Below are positions 1 to 12,600 of a stretch of DNA of 64,000 bases, one piece after another. Each line of letters starts with the position of its first letter. Within the stretch, counting starts at the first letter, position 1. Source of the stretch: Pseudogymnoascus verrucosus (Eukaryota); assembly GCA_001662655.1 (NCBI GenBank), contig KV460220.1. One strand, given 5' to 3'. The notes below the pieces were generated by a model that saw only the letters and a list, made by a program, of their open reading frames with translations, searched no databases and was not told where the DNA came from. Made by a program: the position numbers and the translations under genes.

Positions 1-1865
1 CTGGCAATACTATATCTGCTGCGGAACAAAGTGGTGTGCTGGAATTCACCGGGTTTGATTTTAATACACCCTTCGATCACACAAATGCGACCCCCCTTTC
101 AGGCTACAGCTCAGCCGGCATGAATGATGCTTTCCTAGACCTAGACTGGGACTCATTATTAACGAATTTAGACTGGCCGGAAAATATGGTCTCGGCAAAC
201 AATGCCGCGACGGCTTCGTCAGATTTTACCGAAATAAGCTCAGTTCCGAAAGAGGCTGCATGGAATTTCACTGAAGGGCTTCAACTGCGGCAAATCGACA
301 GTGTCGAAGCCAAGTGTGTTGAGATACAGAACTACATAGGGGCGTTTCAGACGGGTATTGACCATACCATTCTATCCAAGTACATAACTCGAGATCGGCT
401 GGTCGATTGTGTCCAGCTCTACGGGAAATGCTTCCAATCCATCCACCCCATTCTTCATTTGCCAACATTTGAACTCACTAAGACGCCACCTGACTTACTT
501 GCAGCCATGATGCTAGTGGGCGCTTGCTATTCCAGCAACATCATTCCTCCAGCGATTGTTGTACAGGGGGCAATACATATGCTGCTTGTATTAGAGTGCT
601 CGTCGGTAAGCGCGTCTCGGTGGCTGTTTCGGAACATAGACGCTGACAGGTTTATTTTAGCACGAAAGAGCAATGAACGCGCCCCCATTAGCATCAATAC
701 AGGCCACTGCTCTATTGTGTCAGCTCCTCATTTTAACCCAGAACCCCCAAGCCTATTATTTCGCCACAATGTATAGAGCTCGCACCATCTCGGTACGTCT
801 AATATCAACGTTATTTTTCTTTGAAATTGGCCGGACTAATCATGGTTGTTCCTGAGTGTAGATGGCCGAACGTGCAGGTCTTTTCTACGCCAGCGACACC
901 CCAAGTCACTGGGATTTGAAAGAGAGCTCCTTTGATTGGTTTCAATGGAGTCAATTAGAGATGCGAAAAAGGTTAGCAGGATATATGAACTGACGTATAT
1001 GTTCTGCACAACTAACATTGAGCGATCTGGTAGACTTGCGCATCACATTTTTGTCGACGACATTGGAGCCAATATGTTTACACGAAGCTCATCACACATA
1101 TCACCATTCACGTTCTACGTCGACACACCATGTTATAATGATTGCTGGGTAGCCCCCACTGCGAATGAATGCCTAGAGAAGCTACGAATCGCACCTCCTC
1201 CTATTAAGGTAGCAACGGCTGTCAAAAGGCTTCGATCGGCCTCCTCTCTACAGGGCAATCATCTTTTCGATGCATCAGATTGTGGGATGCTTGAAATCAT
1301 AGTAGCGCTTCACAACGTACTGTTCCGCGCAATGGAGGAGAGCTTGGATGATGAGAATAATGTGCCACTGGACGACGCCACCTCGTCAACCCAATCAACA
1401 GATGTGAATTTCTCAGACTTACTGAATCGCGACCTCCTCAATTACGACATTGCAAATATTGCCAGTAAGATTGTCGGTAAATACGGGTCCGCCTCTATCA
1501 GACGCGTTGACGATGCTCTCGATGCCTGGCTGAGGAATTGGAATGCTCGTCTAAGGCGTGACATCTACGACGAGAGACACGGCGCCTTCACTCATCCATT
1601 GAACTTCTGGCTCCTGGCTAAATTGTTTGTCGTTCTGCACTTTTTTCGAAACCGTTATCAAGGAAACGTCCCCGACATGGGGGAGGATGGCCAACCACAA
1701 CGAGATTCAGAACTGCATGCATTCTACAACAATAATGGAGCGGCCCAGGGTAGGTTGGCAATCCAGATGCAGGTGATTGGTTGGCTATCAAAGCTTAGAA
1801 AGCAACGAGAAGGAAGCTTGTTGTCTGGCGGGAGTTTCATATCGGAGGTTTTGAACATGCAATAG
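1..1865 (+). CDS. Fungal-specific transcription factor (Fungal_trans-type middle homology region), 5' end outside window
   Basis: Frame is open from base 3. Motif 'LYGKCFQSIHPILHLPTF...LLAAMMLVGACY' is typical of the fungal TF middle homology region. GT-AG introns 606-660, 793-861 and 972-1033 join ORFs 36..776, 673..855 and 936..1865. The DNA-binding domain is not visible in the window. Confidence 0.8.
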
Positions 1866-2970
1866 CGGTTAGTACACTTCGAATGTAAAAGAGAATGCTT
1901 TACTTAATTCTATAATGATATCCCAAGTAAGTTTAGACGTAAATATCCTGGGTTTAAATTGAGATCGACTTGACTGTCGAACGCATTGATGATGGCGCCA
2001 TCTGGGCGACCGTTCCGCTAGTGATCAAAAACGATAAGAACGAGGACACAATTGTTGCTGTGAAACTGCCCACGGGTCTGTTGCGATGCGATGTGTGGCT
2101 AATGGAAAGTATATATTTTAGACGAGGCGGAATGGGAAAAGCAATCGGTATAGCCGCAATTCGGAAACTTACAGAGGTATGACTCGTTGCCTCAAACGGC
2201 CGAAACAGATTAATTAATCGCATTCAATTATCGTATCGCATCGGCATTGATCCCACGAGTTTCTCCTTTCAATTTCCACAAGTCGGAATTATAACCACTC
2301 TCTCAACTAAAGCATCATCGTGCTCCAATGGCTGGGACCCACCTATCCACGGGGTATCGGGATAAATTCCACCCAAACCCCAATAGGGGCTTTGTCACCA
2401 CCACAAAAACTACCATTTTTGAACTAGAGTAGTAAACGCCCCCGATGCATGCTTATACGGGCCTAAGATCGATGTCGGCTATCGGATTATGGCTGTTGTT
2501 GGTGTAGGTGTTTGTGCTCGGAGTTAAGAGGTTTGGAGATAATCCATTGTTAAACATGCTGTCCATACTCAGTACGACCCTTTGTAAGGCACCAGGCACG
2601 GCAGTCTGACATGGCTGAGATTCTCGGGTGATTGAAACAGATTCTATGCGGATTTGAAATGGCATTTCAGTCCCTGTCAGCAATTCAGCATGCTGACCAA
2701 CAAGACCGAGAGCCGCTTCAGCTAATCCAACCGCCCTTGCTTTCTGTGACCGCCACCAATGTCTAAGCGTAATCATCTCAAACCCCGGAACCAACCCCAT
2801 CCAAGTCACAATGTACGGTGATGCTATGCGATCCTTTGACAATGTCTCGTGTCTCTCTAGTCTGGAATGTCATAGAGTAGAAGCAACATGCCTTCCGCTC
2901 CCCCTTTTCACTATACGCCTACGCCTGCGCCTACCTAAAGCAAGGGTTGCTCTGTATTATCGCCATCACG

Positions 2971-5900
2971 ATGGCGATGATCTTGAATGATACGGGTAAC
3001 GGCACCGACAAGTCGAACAAGACTGAACAAGACAATAGTCAGCAAGAATGGGCACTGAAGTCCAAATTCGCCGCGTTCCAGGAGCGAGACAAAGCATCTG
3101 GCTTTCCAGGACGACATCTCGGCATAACATGGAAGGATCTCACAGTTGAGGTCTCCAGTCCTCATGCCGCCATCCATGAAAATGTCATATCCCAGTTGAA
3201 CATCCCAAAACTAATCAAGGAGTCACGACATGGAGCTACGCTAAAGACCATTCTCGATAACAGCCATGGCTGCGTAAAGCCCGGAGAAATGTTGCTTGTC
3301 CTGGGCCGGCCCGGATCGGGCTGTACGACTCTGCTCAACATTCTAGCCAACCAGCGAAACGGATATGGAAAGATCTCTGGAGATGTGCACTACGGCACCA
3401 TCAAGGCTGAAGACGCGAAACGTTATGCTGGCCAGATTGTCGTAAACGGGGAGGAGGAAATCTTTTTCCCGTCGCTGACTGTGAAGCAAACGATGGACTT
3501 TGCGACTCGACTAAAGAAGCCCTTCAACCTGCCTGATGGGGTGGCAAGTCGAGAGGAGCACCGTACAGAAATGCGAGATTTTCTGTTAGAATCCATGGGC
3601 ATTGAGCATACCGTGGACACGAAATTGGGAGATGCCTACATTCGTGGAGTTTCGGGCGGTGAGAGGAAACGGGTGTCCATTGTTGAGTGTTTGGCATCTA
3701 GAGGAAGCATCTTTTGTTGGGACAACGCCACTAGAGGTCTCGATGCTAGCAAGTGAGTAACACAAGGTGTGTATAGTACATTCCTGCTAATAGTTTATTC
3801 AGTGCTTTGGAGTATGTTAAGGCAATTAGGGCTATGACGGACATCCTTGGCCTCAGTTCTATTTTCACGTTATACCAGGCCGGCAATGGTATCTACAACC
3901 TGTTTGATAAAGTCCTTGTCTTGGACGAAGGTAAGCAGATATACTATGGTCCTATGGTGAGTGCTCAGCCTTTCATGGAAAGGCTTGGCTTCATCTGTGA
4001 TCATGGTGCCAACGTTGCCGATTACTTGACGGGCATTACTGTGTCTACAGAGAGAAAGATTCAAAAGGGCCAGGAGCGTAGCTTTCCTCGAACCTCGGAC
4101 GCTGTTCGAGAGGCATATAAGGGTTCTCTCATCTACCAGCAAACGAGGACAGAATGCGATTACCCGTTGACGGATGATGCCATAGCCAATACGAACCAAT
4201 TTTGCAAAGGGGTAGCTATGGCAAAGGACAAGAGGCTACCCGCTAGCAGCCCTATGATGGTCGGGTTTTCAGACCAGGTCATTACCTGTGTACACCGTCA
4301 GTATCAAATTCTCTGGGGTGACAAGGCGACATTTTTTATCAAGCAGATATCGACAGTGGTCCAGGCACTCATGGCAGGTTCGCTATTCTACAACGCGCCA
4401 GACACATCAGCCGGCCTGTTTATGAAGTCTGGTGCATGCTTCTTCGCCATATTTTTCAACGCGCTCATGTCCATGTCCGAGGTTACCGACTCCTTTACTG
4501 GAAGGCCCGTCATACTCAAGCATAAGTCGTTTGCGTTCTTCCACCCTGCGGCGCTTTGTATCGCCCAAATCGCAACCGATATCCCAGTCGTCCTGTTCCA
4601 GGTTTCGGTTTTTTGCTTGGTAATATACTTCATGGTTGGGTTAACCATGTCGGCTGGCGCATTCTTCACGTTTTGGGCTGTTGTTGTGGCAACAACTATG
4701 GTGAGTCTAGCTAGTCTTTCAACTCTGAGATGCTGACAATAAACAAGTGCATGACAGCCTTTTTCAGAGGAATTGGTGCTTCATTTGGTACCTTTGATGA
4801 GGCGTCTAAGGCTTCTGGTTTCATAATTGTCGCCTGCATGATGTATTTGGGCTATATGATTCCTAAACCAGCCATGCATCCATGGTTTGTCTGGCTCTTT
4901 TGGATTAATCCAATGGCCTATGGATTTGACGCAATATTATCTAATGAGTTTCACAACAAGATTATTCCTTGCGTGGGAAATAATCTGGTTCCTAGCGGCC
5001 CTGGATTCTCCGATTTGAGCCACCAGGCTTGCGCTGGTGTTAGTGGTGCTATATCAGGACAGGCATTTGTTAATGGTGATAATTATCTTGCTTCATTATC
5101 CTACAGCCACGCTCACATCTGGAGAAACTTTGGAATTGTTTGGGCGTGGTGGGCACTGTTCGTTGCGTTAACTATTTGGTCGACCTCGAAATGGGCATCT
5201 TCGACTGAGAATGGGCCGCGCTTGGTCATTCCCAGGGAGCGCGCTCAAACTGTGACAACTCAACGCCAGATCGACGAAGAGGGGCAGGTCGATGAAAAGG
5301 TGACGATGCCATCGGGAAGCGATGCCGAAGCTACTCTTGGATCAGAGGAAGGACAGCGACAAGCAAATCTCATTCGCAACTCATCGATATTCACCTGGAG
5401 GGACCTATCATACACAGTTAAAACTCGATCTGGTGACCGTATTCTACTAGACAATGTGCAAGGCTACGTTAAACCCGGCAACTTAACTGCCCTTATGGGA
5501 TCCTCTGGCGCGGGAAAGTCGACTCTTCTCGACGTGCTCGCCCACCGCAAGACTGAAGGAACCATTCGCGGCTCAATCATGGTTGATGGTCAGCCGCTTC
5601 CCATATCCTTTCAGCGGTCAGTGGGATACTGCGAACAGCTTGACGTTCATGAGCCCTACGCCACTGTCCGTGAGGCGCTCGAGTTTTCAGCCCTCCTCCG
5701 GCAAAGCCGCGAGACGCCACGTGAAGAGAAACTAGCTTACGTCGAGACGATTATAGATCTTCTTGAGCTACATGATCTTTCTAATACGCTTATTGGACAA
5801 GAAGGCACTGGGTTAAGCATTGAACAACGCAAACGCGTTACTATTGGTATTGAGCTGGTTTCTAAGCCTGGAATTCTCTTTCTTGACGAGCCGACCTCGG

Positions 5901-7279
5901 GACTAGACGGCCAGTCCGCCTTCCATACTGTTCGCTTTCTTCGGAAGCTAGCCGCCGTGGGTCAGGCCGTGCTCGTGACGATCCATCAGCCGTCAGCTCA
6001 GCTATTCGCCCAGTTCGACAAACTACTACTGCTTACCAAGGGAGGCAAGATGGTATACTTTGGAGATATCGGCGAGATGGCCAACACCGTTAGAGAATAT
6101 TTTGGTCAATACGATGCTCCATGCCCCGTTAATGCTAATCCGGCTGAGCACATTATAGACGTCGTTTCGGGCACTCTATCCGCCGGTAAAGACTGGAATG
6201 CCGTTTGGCTATCCTCACCTGAATACAAGGCTATGAACCTGGAGCTAGACCAAATTATTAAGCACGCTTCAGCCAAACCGCCCTCAGAAGACACCGCAGA
6301 TGGACGTGAGTTTGCGTTGCCACTTTGGGAGCAAACAAAGCTTGTGACGGAGCGTATGAATGTTTCCCTGTTTCGCAACACCGAATACGTCAATAACAAG
6401 GTTATGCTACACATCATCTGCGCTCTCCTCAACGGCTTCTCATTTTGGAAAGTTGGAGAGTCTGCTAGCGAGTTGCAGCTGAAGCTCTTTGCGATTTTCA
6501 ACTTCATCTTTGTGGCACCAGGTGTACTAGCTCAGCTTCAGCCCCTTTTCATCCACCGCCGTGATATCTACGAAACACGCGAGAAGAAGGCTAAGATGTA
6601 CTCCTGGGTCGCATTCGTTACCGGACTTATTGTGTCGGAGATTCCATATTTGATCTTCTGCGCTATAATATACTTCCTGTGCTGGTACTACACTGTTGGA
6701 TTTCCGGCGACAACTTCACGGGCTGGGGCAACATTTTTTGTCATGCTTATGTACGAGTTTTTGTATACGGGAATGGGCCAGTTCATCGCCGCCTACGCCC
6801 CTAATGCCGTATTTGCGGCACTGACGAACCCGATGTTGATTGGCGCTTTGGTTTCCTTCTGTGGTGTCTTGGTTCCGTATCATCAAATCCAGGAATTCTG
6901 GCGCTATTGGATCTACTATCTTAACCCATTTAACTACCTCATGGGCAGTTTATTGGTATTCAACCTCTGGGGAATCAATGTACAGTGCACCGAGGGTGAA
7001 TTCGCAGTATTTAACCCTCCCGATGGGCAGACCTGTGGAGAGTATACGACCAGCTATCTCGCTCATGCACCTGGCCACCTCGTCAACCCGGATGCAACGT
7101 CTGGGTGCAAAGTTTGCTCCTTTGAAAATGCTTCCGACTATCTCAAGACCTTGTATCTAGAGGAATACTCGTACGGATGGAGGAATGCGGGAATTGTAGT
7201 CCTAATGGTGTTTAGCTCCTACGGGCTGGTTTATGCGCTAATGAAGCTTCGAACTAAGACATCTAAGACGGCTGAGTAG
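2971..7279 (+). CDS. atrB: Full-size PDR/ABC-G multidrug transporter (AtrB-like)
   Basis: NBD1 Walker [12 protein letters not shown] and signature [14 protein letters not shown]2 [24 protein letters not shown] and LDEPTSGLD; two TM blocks. Introns 3753-3802 and 4701-4747. Symbol reflects family-level resemblance. Confidence 0.93.
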
Positions 7280-7862
7280 AAATACGTAGTTCAAAAATAA
7301 ATATATAGTTATAGATTGGGTATTTATGTAGATAGACGATATAGATAAGATTCTGCTTGCGATAAAAATTATCAGATCTAGTGCTTCATTCGCCCTTTGG
7401 TGTTCTCTTTAGCTTCGCAATAGAAATGAAGCGTCTTCAATTGGCATGACCCAGGACTGCCTCCAATGTGCAAAACCCGAATATGAGCAGATCACGCAGA
7501 ATATCGGAGAACTACATAGAATCTTGCGGCTGCGCGTGTTAATTACTAATGATTGCTAACAAGGCCCCAGGAACTCCGTGGGATGGAAGTAATTCCGAGC
7601 TGTTACAAAGCCTGATTAAGCGCAGCTGACCGCGAGTTGGTTACCCCCTGATCTGGCATATGCACAATAAGCAGGCAATCTGATAATCAGATTTAGTCCG
7701 AGGATCGACGCCGAGCTACCCATGCTTGGACGGCTACTAAATTATAAAGTTTAGGTCGTGGCTTGAAGCTCGATTGAAGTTAAATCACGCTTCTTAACTA
7801 ACAGAATCGCCATCCATAAGACCCAACACCCATTTCACCCACAAACTAAAAAAGGGAAAATA

Positions 7863-8967
7863 ATGGCACCTACAAATCAAGCCGCATGGCTCACCAAGGC
7901 TGGTACCCCTCTCGAGGTGAGCGATGCCCCGTTGCCCACCGCAGGGCCCGGTGAGCTTGTCGTGAAGAACGCTGCAGTCGCCATCAACCCGCTCGATTGT
8001 CATATGCAAGACCACGGCGTCTTTGTCCAGCAATGGCCTTCTGTTTTTGGTTGTGATGTGGCCGGTGAGGTATATGAGGCGGGAGAGGGTGTCCAGTCAT
8101 TTAAGAAGGGAGACCGTGTCATCGGGTAGGTTCATAAATTATTCTCCATCATTAACAAGAACCTCCACGGCTGACACTCTTTGTAATAGGCATGCCATCA
8201 ATCTTGTTAGCGGTCGCCCTCAAGATGGTGCCTATGCTCTGTACACAGTCATCCCTGCTAACAAAGCCGCCATCCTTCCGGATACGATCTCCTTCACCGA
8301 CGGTGTTGTGGTGCCGTTTGCCTTAGAGGCTGCTGTTTGCGCGCTCTCCCTCAAAGTGCCTGGGGTCGCCATGCCAGGCGTCGCTACACCAGCGCTCGCC
8401 CTGCCTTACCCCTCGCTGGAGGATGTGCCTGCCTCGGGCAAGACTCTCGTCATATACGGGGGCTCATCAGCCGTTGGCTCCATGACTACTCAGATAGCCA
8501 CCGCCACTGGCATCAAAGTCATTTCCGTTGCCGGCAAACATAACTTCGATTTCAGCAAGCGCTGCGGGGCAACTCAAGTCTTTGACCACAAGGATCCGTT
8601 GGTCGTCGAAAAGGTCATTGAAGCGGTGGGGACATCGGAGTTTATTGGCATCTTTGATGTCGTCGCCACGCCCGAGACGTACGCCCACGACCTCGCCATC
8701 TTTGCTAAACTGGGTGGTGGCCATCTCGCCTCTGTACACCCTCCCCCTCCAGATCTGCCCGCCAACGTAACAGGCGGAATGATCTTCGCCGTCAATGACA
8801 TCGCTACGCCCGTTTGGGAAGAATACGTTACGCCCGCCCTGAAGGCTGGAAAGCTCCAGTGTCTTCCTCCACCTACCGTTGTTGGCAAGGGCCTAGAGCA
8901 CATCAACGAAGCTTTGAAGAAGTGCAAGGCTGGCGTAAGTGCGACGAAGCTAGTAGTAGAGCTTTAA
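7863..8967 (+). CDS. orsE: MDR / zinc-binding alcohol dehydrogenase-family oxidoreductase (OrsE-like)
   Basis: GroES-like N-terminus 'VKNAAVAINPLD...FGCDVAGEV' and NADP-binding 'LVIYGGSSAVG'. Intron 8126-8189. Symbol is homology by cluster context. Confidence 0.85.
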
Positions 8968-9608
8968 AAGATGAAATACTTTGCATTCACAGTAGCTAGA
9001 TATATGTGTTAGTAAATAGGGTAAGGTCGATGATTAAACCATCTTGTTCATTGTTACCATACAAAAATAATGATTTACCCTGAATATTCCCCGTTATGAA
9101 CCATAATACCCTATAATACCCCATTATGTGGCGCCTGGGGCAAGCTATAGAGCAAACCATTATGCTGCCGTCATTTCAATAGGTGACTACGTTGTGCTAA
9201 AGCTTAAGAACACTGTGGAGGAGGTGCGACCAGTCATGCCACCACTTAGCGCAGTGGAGAAACAGAGACCACAAATCAGTGGCATATTCACTCCCTACAA
9301 TTACAGACCAAGCACCCCACCATGTACTTCGTCTTGGTTGTGGTCCAAGTATGCGGAATTTAATTTGAAGCATTTCGACTGTCAAAGACTAATGTTCGTA
9401 TCATTTTAGCCAAGCATTCAATAATAGTATATAAGATTCTTCTAAAAATTCCAAAATATATATGAGATAATAAGATAACAAATAGGATAACAAAGAAAAC
9501 CAGTAACATGTAATAAATAACAAAAAAGACAATTTCTAATCTTCAAATTCTAAGCTCCAGGCTTCGCATCACTCATCCAAAATCAGAGGTGCTCATTTAC
9601 GCGTCTAT

Positions 9609-12600
9609 TCAATATTCAGCCACCGCCTGCGCCACTGTATCACACACGACCGTCCCAACGGCTGCGGCAAATGGCGGACACATCATAGAGAAATGATCTG
9701 TACAAAATCATGTTAGCGGCTGCGCTCTCTCTATGGTATAGCTGGGGATATACTAACCTCCATCAACAACATGCACGGAAATGTGATCCCCAAGAAGGTC
9801 CTCCCATCCATTCGTACCGAATGTTTGGCGCCGACCATAGAACCACGAATTGAAGTAAACCTCAAACTCTGGTAGCACCATTTCATTTAGTTTCTTGCCG
9901 ATTTCGACACCGGGGCGACACATGGCAGCGACGGGCGCATCTGGGCGGTTGTCTAGCCCGAGCTTCGCCCAGACGACAGAAACTTGGCGCGGCTGGCGAT
10001 CCTTGGGAAATTTTGGCGCGTCGTAACGGGATAAGGCGCGGCATGTGGCCATTAGATGAGCCCTCTCCTTGACAGACAGATCTTCGGGGAGATCGCGGGC
10101 GCGGTTGATGCCCTCAAACGTGCCGAGCTTATCGACAAAGTCCGTAGTGACGATGCTGGTCGGGATGAGGGAAGGGGCGCGCATGTCAAGGATGACAAGC
10201 GCCAGGATGGATTCGCCCTGCATGGTGAGGCGATGGGCAACCTCATAGGCATACATGGACCCCGCTGACCAGCCGCCAATCAGGTATGGCCCTTGAGGTT
10301 GGATCCTGCGGATAGTTCGGATGAAGATGGTAGCCATTTCCTGAATCGACAGGTCGAACGTCTCTGGGCTCGCCAAGAACGGCGACTCAAGCGCATAGAT
10401 GCGGCGGCCCTCAGGAAGTGCGCTCAGATGGATATAAGACTCAACCGTTCCTGAACCGTCAGTGGTCATGAACAACGGAGCATCTTTGGAGCGCGACTGT
10501 CCCTGGATCAGGACTGCCCGAGAGACGGCATTGTCAAGCTTGTCCTGGCGTGCGGACTCGGCGGAGTTCACTGTCTTGGCCGCAGAAACGGCGGGAAGAT
10601 GCGAAGACGAACTCGTCGATGGTTCCTCCTGCGGTGTCGCGTCCATCGATCCATCCAATTCCTTACGTGCGGCCGCCACTGTCGGATAGTCCGAGAAGAA
10701 AGCAGCTGCCAACTCAATTCCGGTATCCTCCTGGAATGTCGATGTGATCCTGATGCTCAACATTGAATCCATGCCCATAGATTCGAAGGTAGTCGAAGGT
10801 GTGATATCGCTAGCCTCAAGGCCTAGCGCATCGGCAACAAGACTTAGCAGATGAGTGCTAGGGCCCAGAGGTGCTGGGCTGCGCTTCTCGCTGCTCTTGC
10901 GTTTTGGCGGAGGCTGGGATGCGGTTCTGACCTTCTTCTCTGGTTTTCTTACCTCTTCCACCTGCTCACTGCCCAACTCCTTACGTACGTCGGCTGGCGT
11001 TGGGAAATTTGTGAAGAAGGCAGCTGGCAGCTCGACGGCCGTGGCTCTCTGGAAGTCACCCAGAATGCTGATGCTCATCTGCGAATCGACACCCAACTCT
11101 GTGAATGCAGTACCCTTTGTCTTGTCCAATTCGGCCACACTCATGCCACACTGCTCTGCAACGATGGCAAGCAGGTCTGCAGCAAGATCCACCACGTCTG
11201 ACATGCTGTTCCGCGACGATGACGAAAACTCAGATGTGGGTGTGGCTGAAGGGCTGGTGTCTGAGCTAGTTGCACCCGTCGCCGCCTGCCACTCACGCCT
11301 TGGGATGGCCTGCGGTGTGCGCGGCTTCTTGGGGAATGTGCGAGCTGAGCCCGTCAGCATTGCGAAGAAGTCTCGTTCGAGTTTCTTGAAGCAAATGTCT
11401 GTGCAGAGCGCCACAAGCTTGTTCTGGGCATTGGTGAGATACACATCGCACAAGCTTGTACCGGTTTTGGCATCTTGCTCACGAACGGTGGTGTAGGCAC
11501 GGAATGGCCCGTTCGATGAAAGATCACCCAGAACGCGCAATGATCCAATGTGATTAGCGATGTGGACCTCATTCTTGGGCTTATGCACGTCAGCATTGAG
11601 CAGGAAACCAGCAATATGAACAAGGGCATCAATGGCAAACGGGTTGCAAGTAAAGGTGCCCAGCTCAGACTTCGAGGCTACATCGAGGGTCATGACGGCG
11701 TCTTGGAAATCTGCGGCCACGGTAGCCTCCTCAACAGCATGGAAAGGAGCCGAGTAATCGACGATTTCGGAGAACACCTTGTAGAATAGTGTCTTGTCCA
11801 TCGCATGAACTTGTCTAGGGCGCACCAACTCATCGAGACTGCGTACGCGTGCCTTTATCAGCGGCTGCATTCGAGACCATGCTTGGGTGATGGGCGTATC
11901 GGGCTGGTTCAGACGAATCAAGCAGGACCCGTACTCGACTGGGGTAGCAACCCCCTCTTTGCGGGATAGGAATCGAACTGAGACGACATCTGTTGATTGG
12001 TCAAGGACCCCCTCCACATAGACCTGTGGCAGCACGGTGTCGTGCTCGCGGAGTACAAGTGGAGAGAGCATGCTCAAGTCTGCCAGCTCGTATGTTGACA
12101 AGGATGAGCCCGTTGCAGAATTGCGACTCTCTCTGTCAAGGTATGCGGCCGCGGTGTAAGCCATGTCCATGAAGATACTCGCCGGGCAAATGGCCACGCC
12201 GTCGACAACATGGCCGCCGATAGCTTTGGCGAGGTTTTGGTCGGATAGGTCTACACCAAATGTCGCAAGTAGCCGGGACTCTTCCTTGCGGAACTGTTCG
12301 ACAGTATGCAGCGATGTAGAGGACAACCGAGATACCCCTGAGGTTGAGGCACGCGAGACTGCGCCAGAAGCATTGTCAGGCACCGCCCTTGTCTTGTACG
12401 AATGCCAAAACTCCTTGTTGTCGAATGCATACGTGGGAAGATCGGTTACCATGCGGAGGTTATCGAGATGATCCTTGTGGAATTCTGTCCAAGACACAGG
12501 AAGCTGTGCGCGATATGCGGCGGCAACGGACTGAGAGATGGTCGCCCAGTCGTCGCGCCCGCGGCGCAGGCTGGGATACCCTGTAAGGCTCACCTTCTGG

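Noticed and set aside
1954..2842. Short ORFs between the TF and the ABC gene
   Set aside because: No recognisable motif, no convincing splice model; the region is the ABC promoter.
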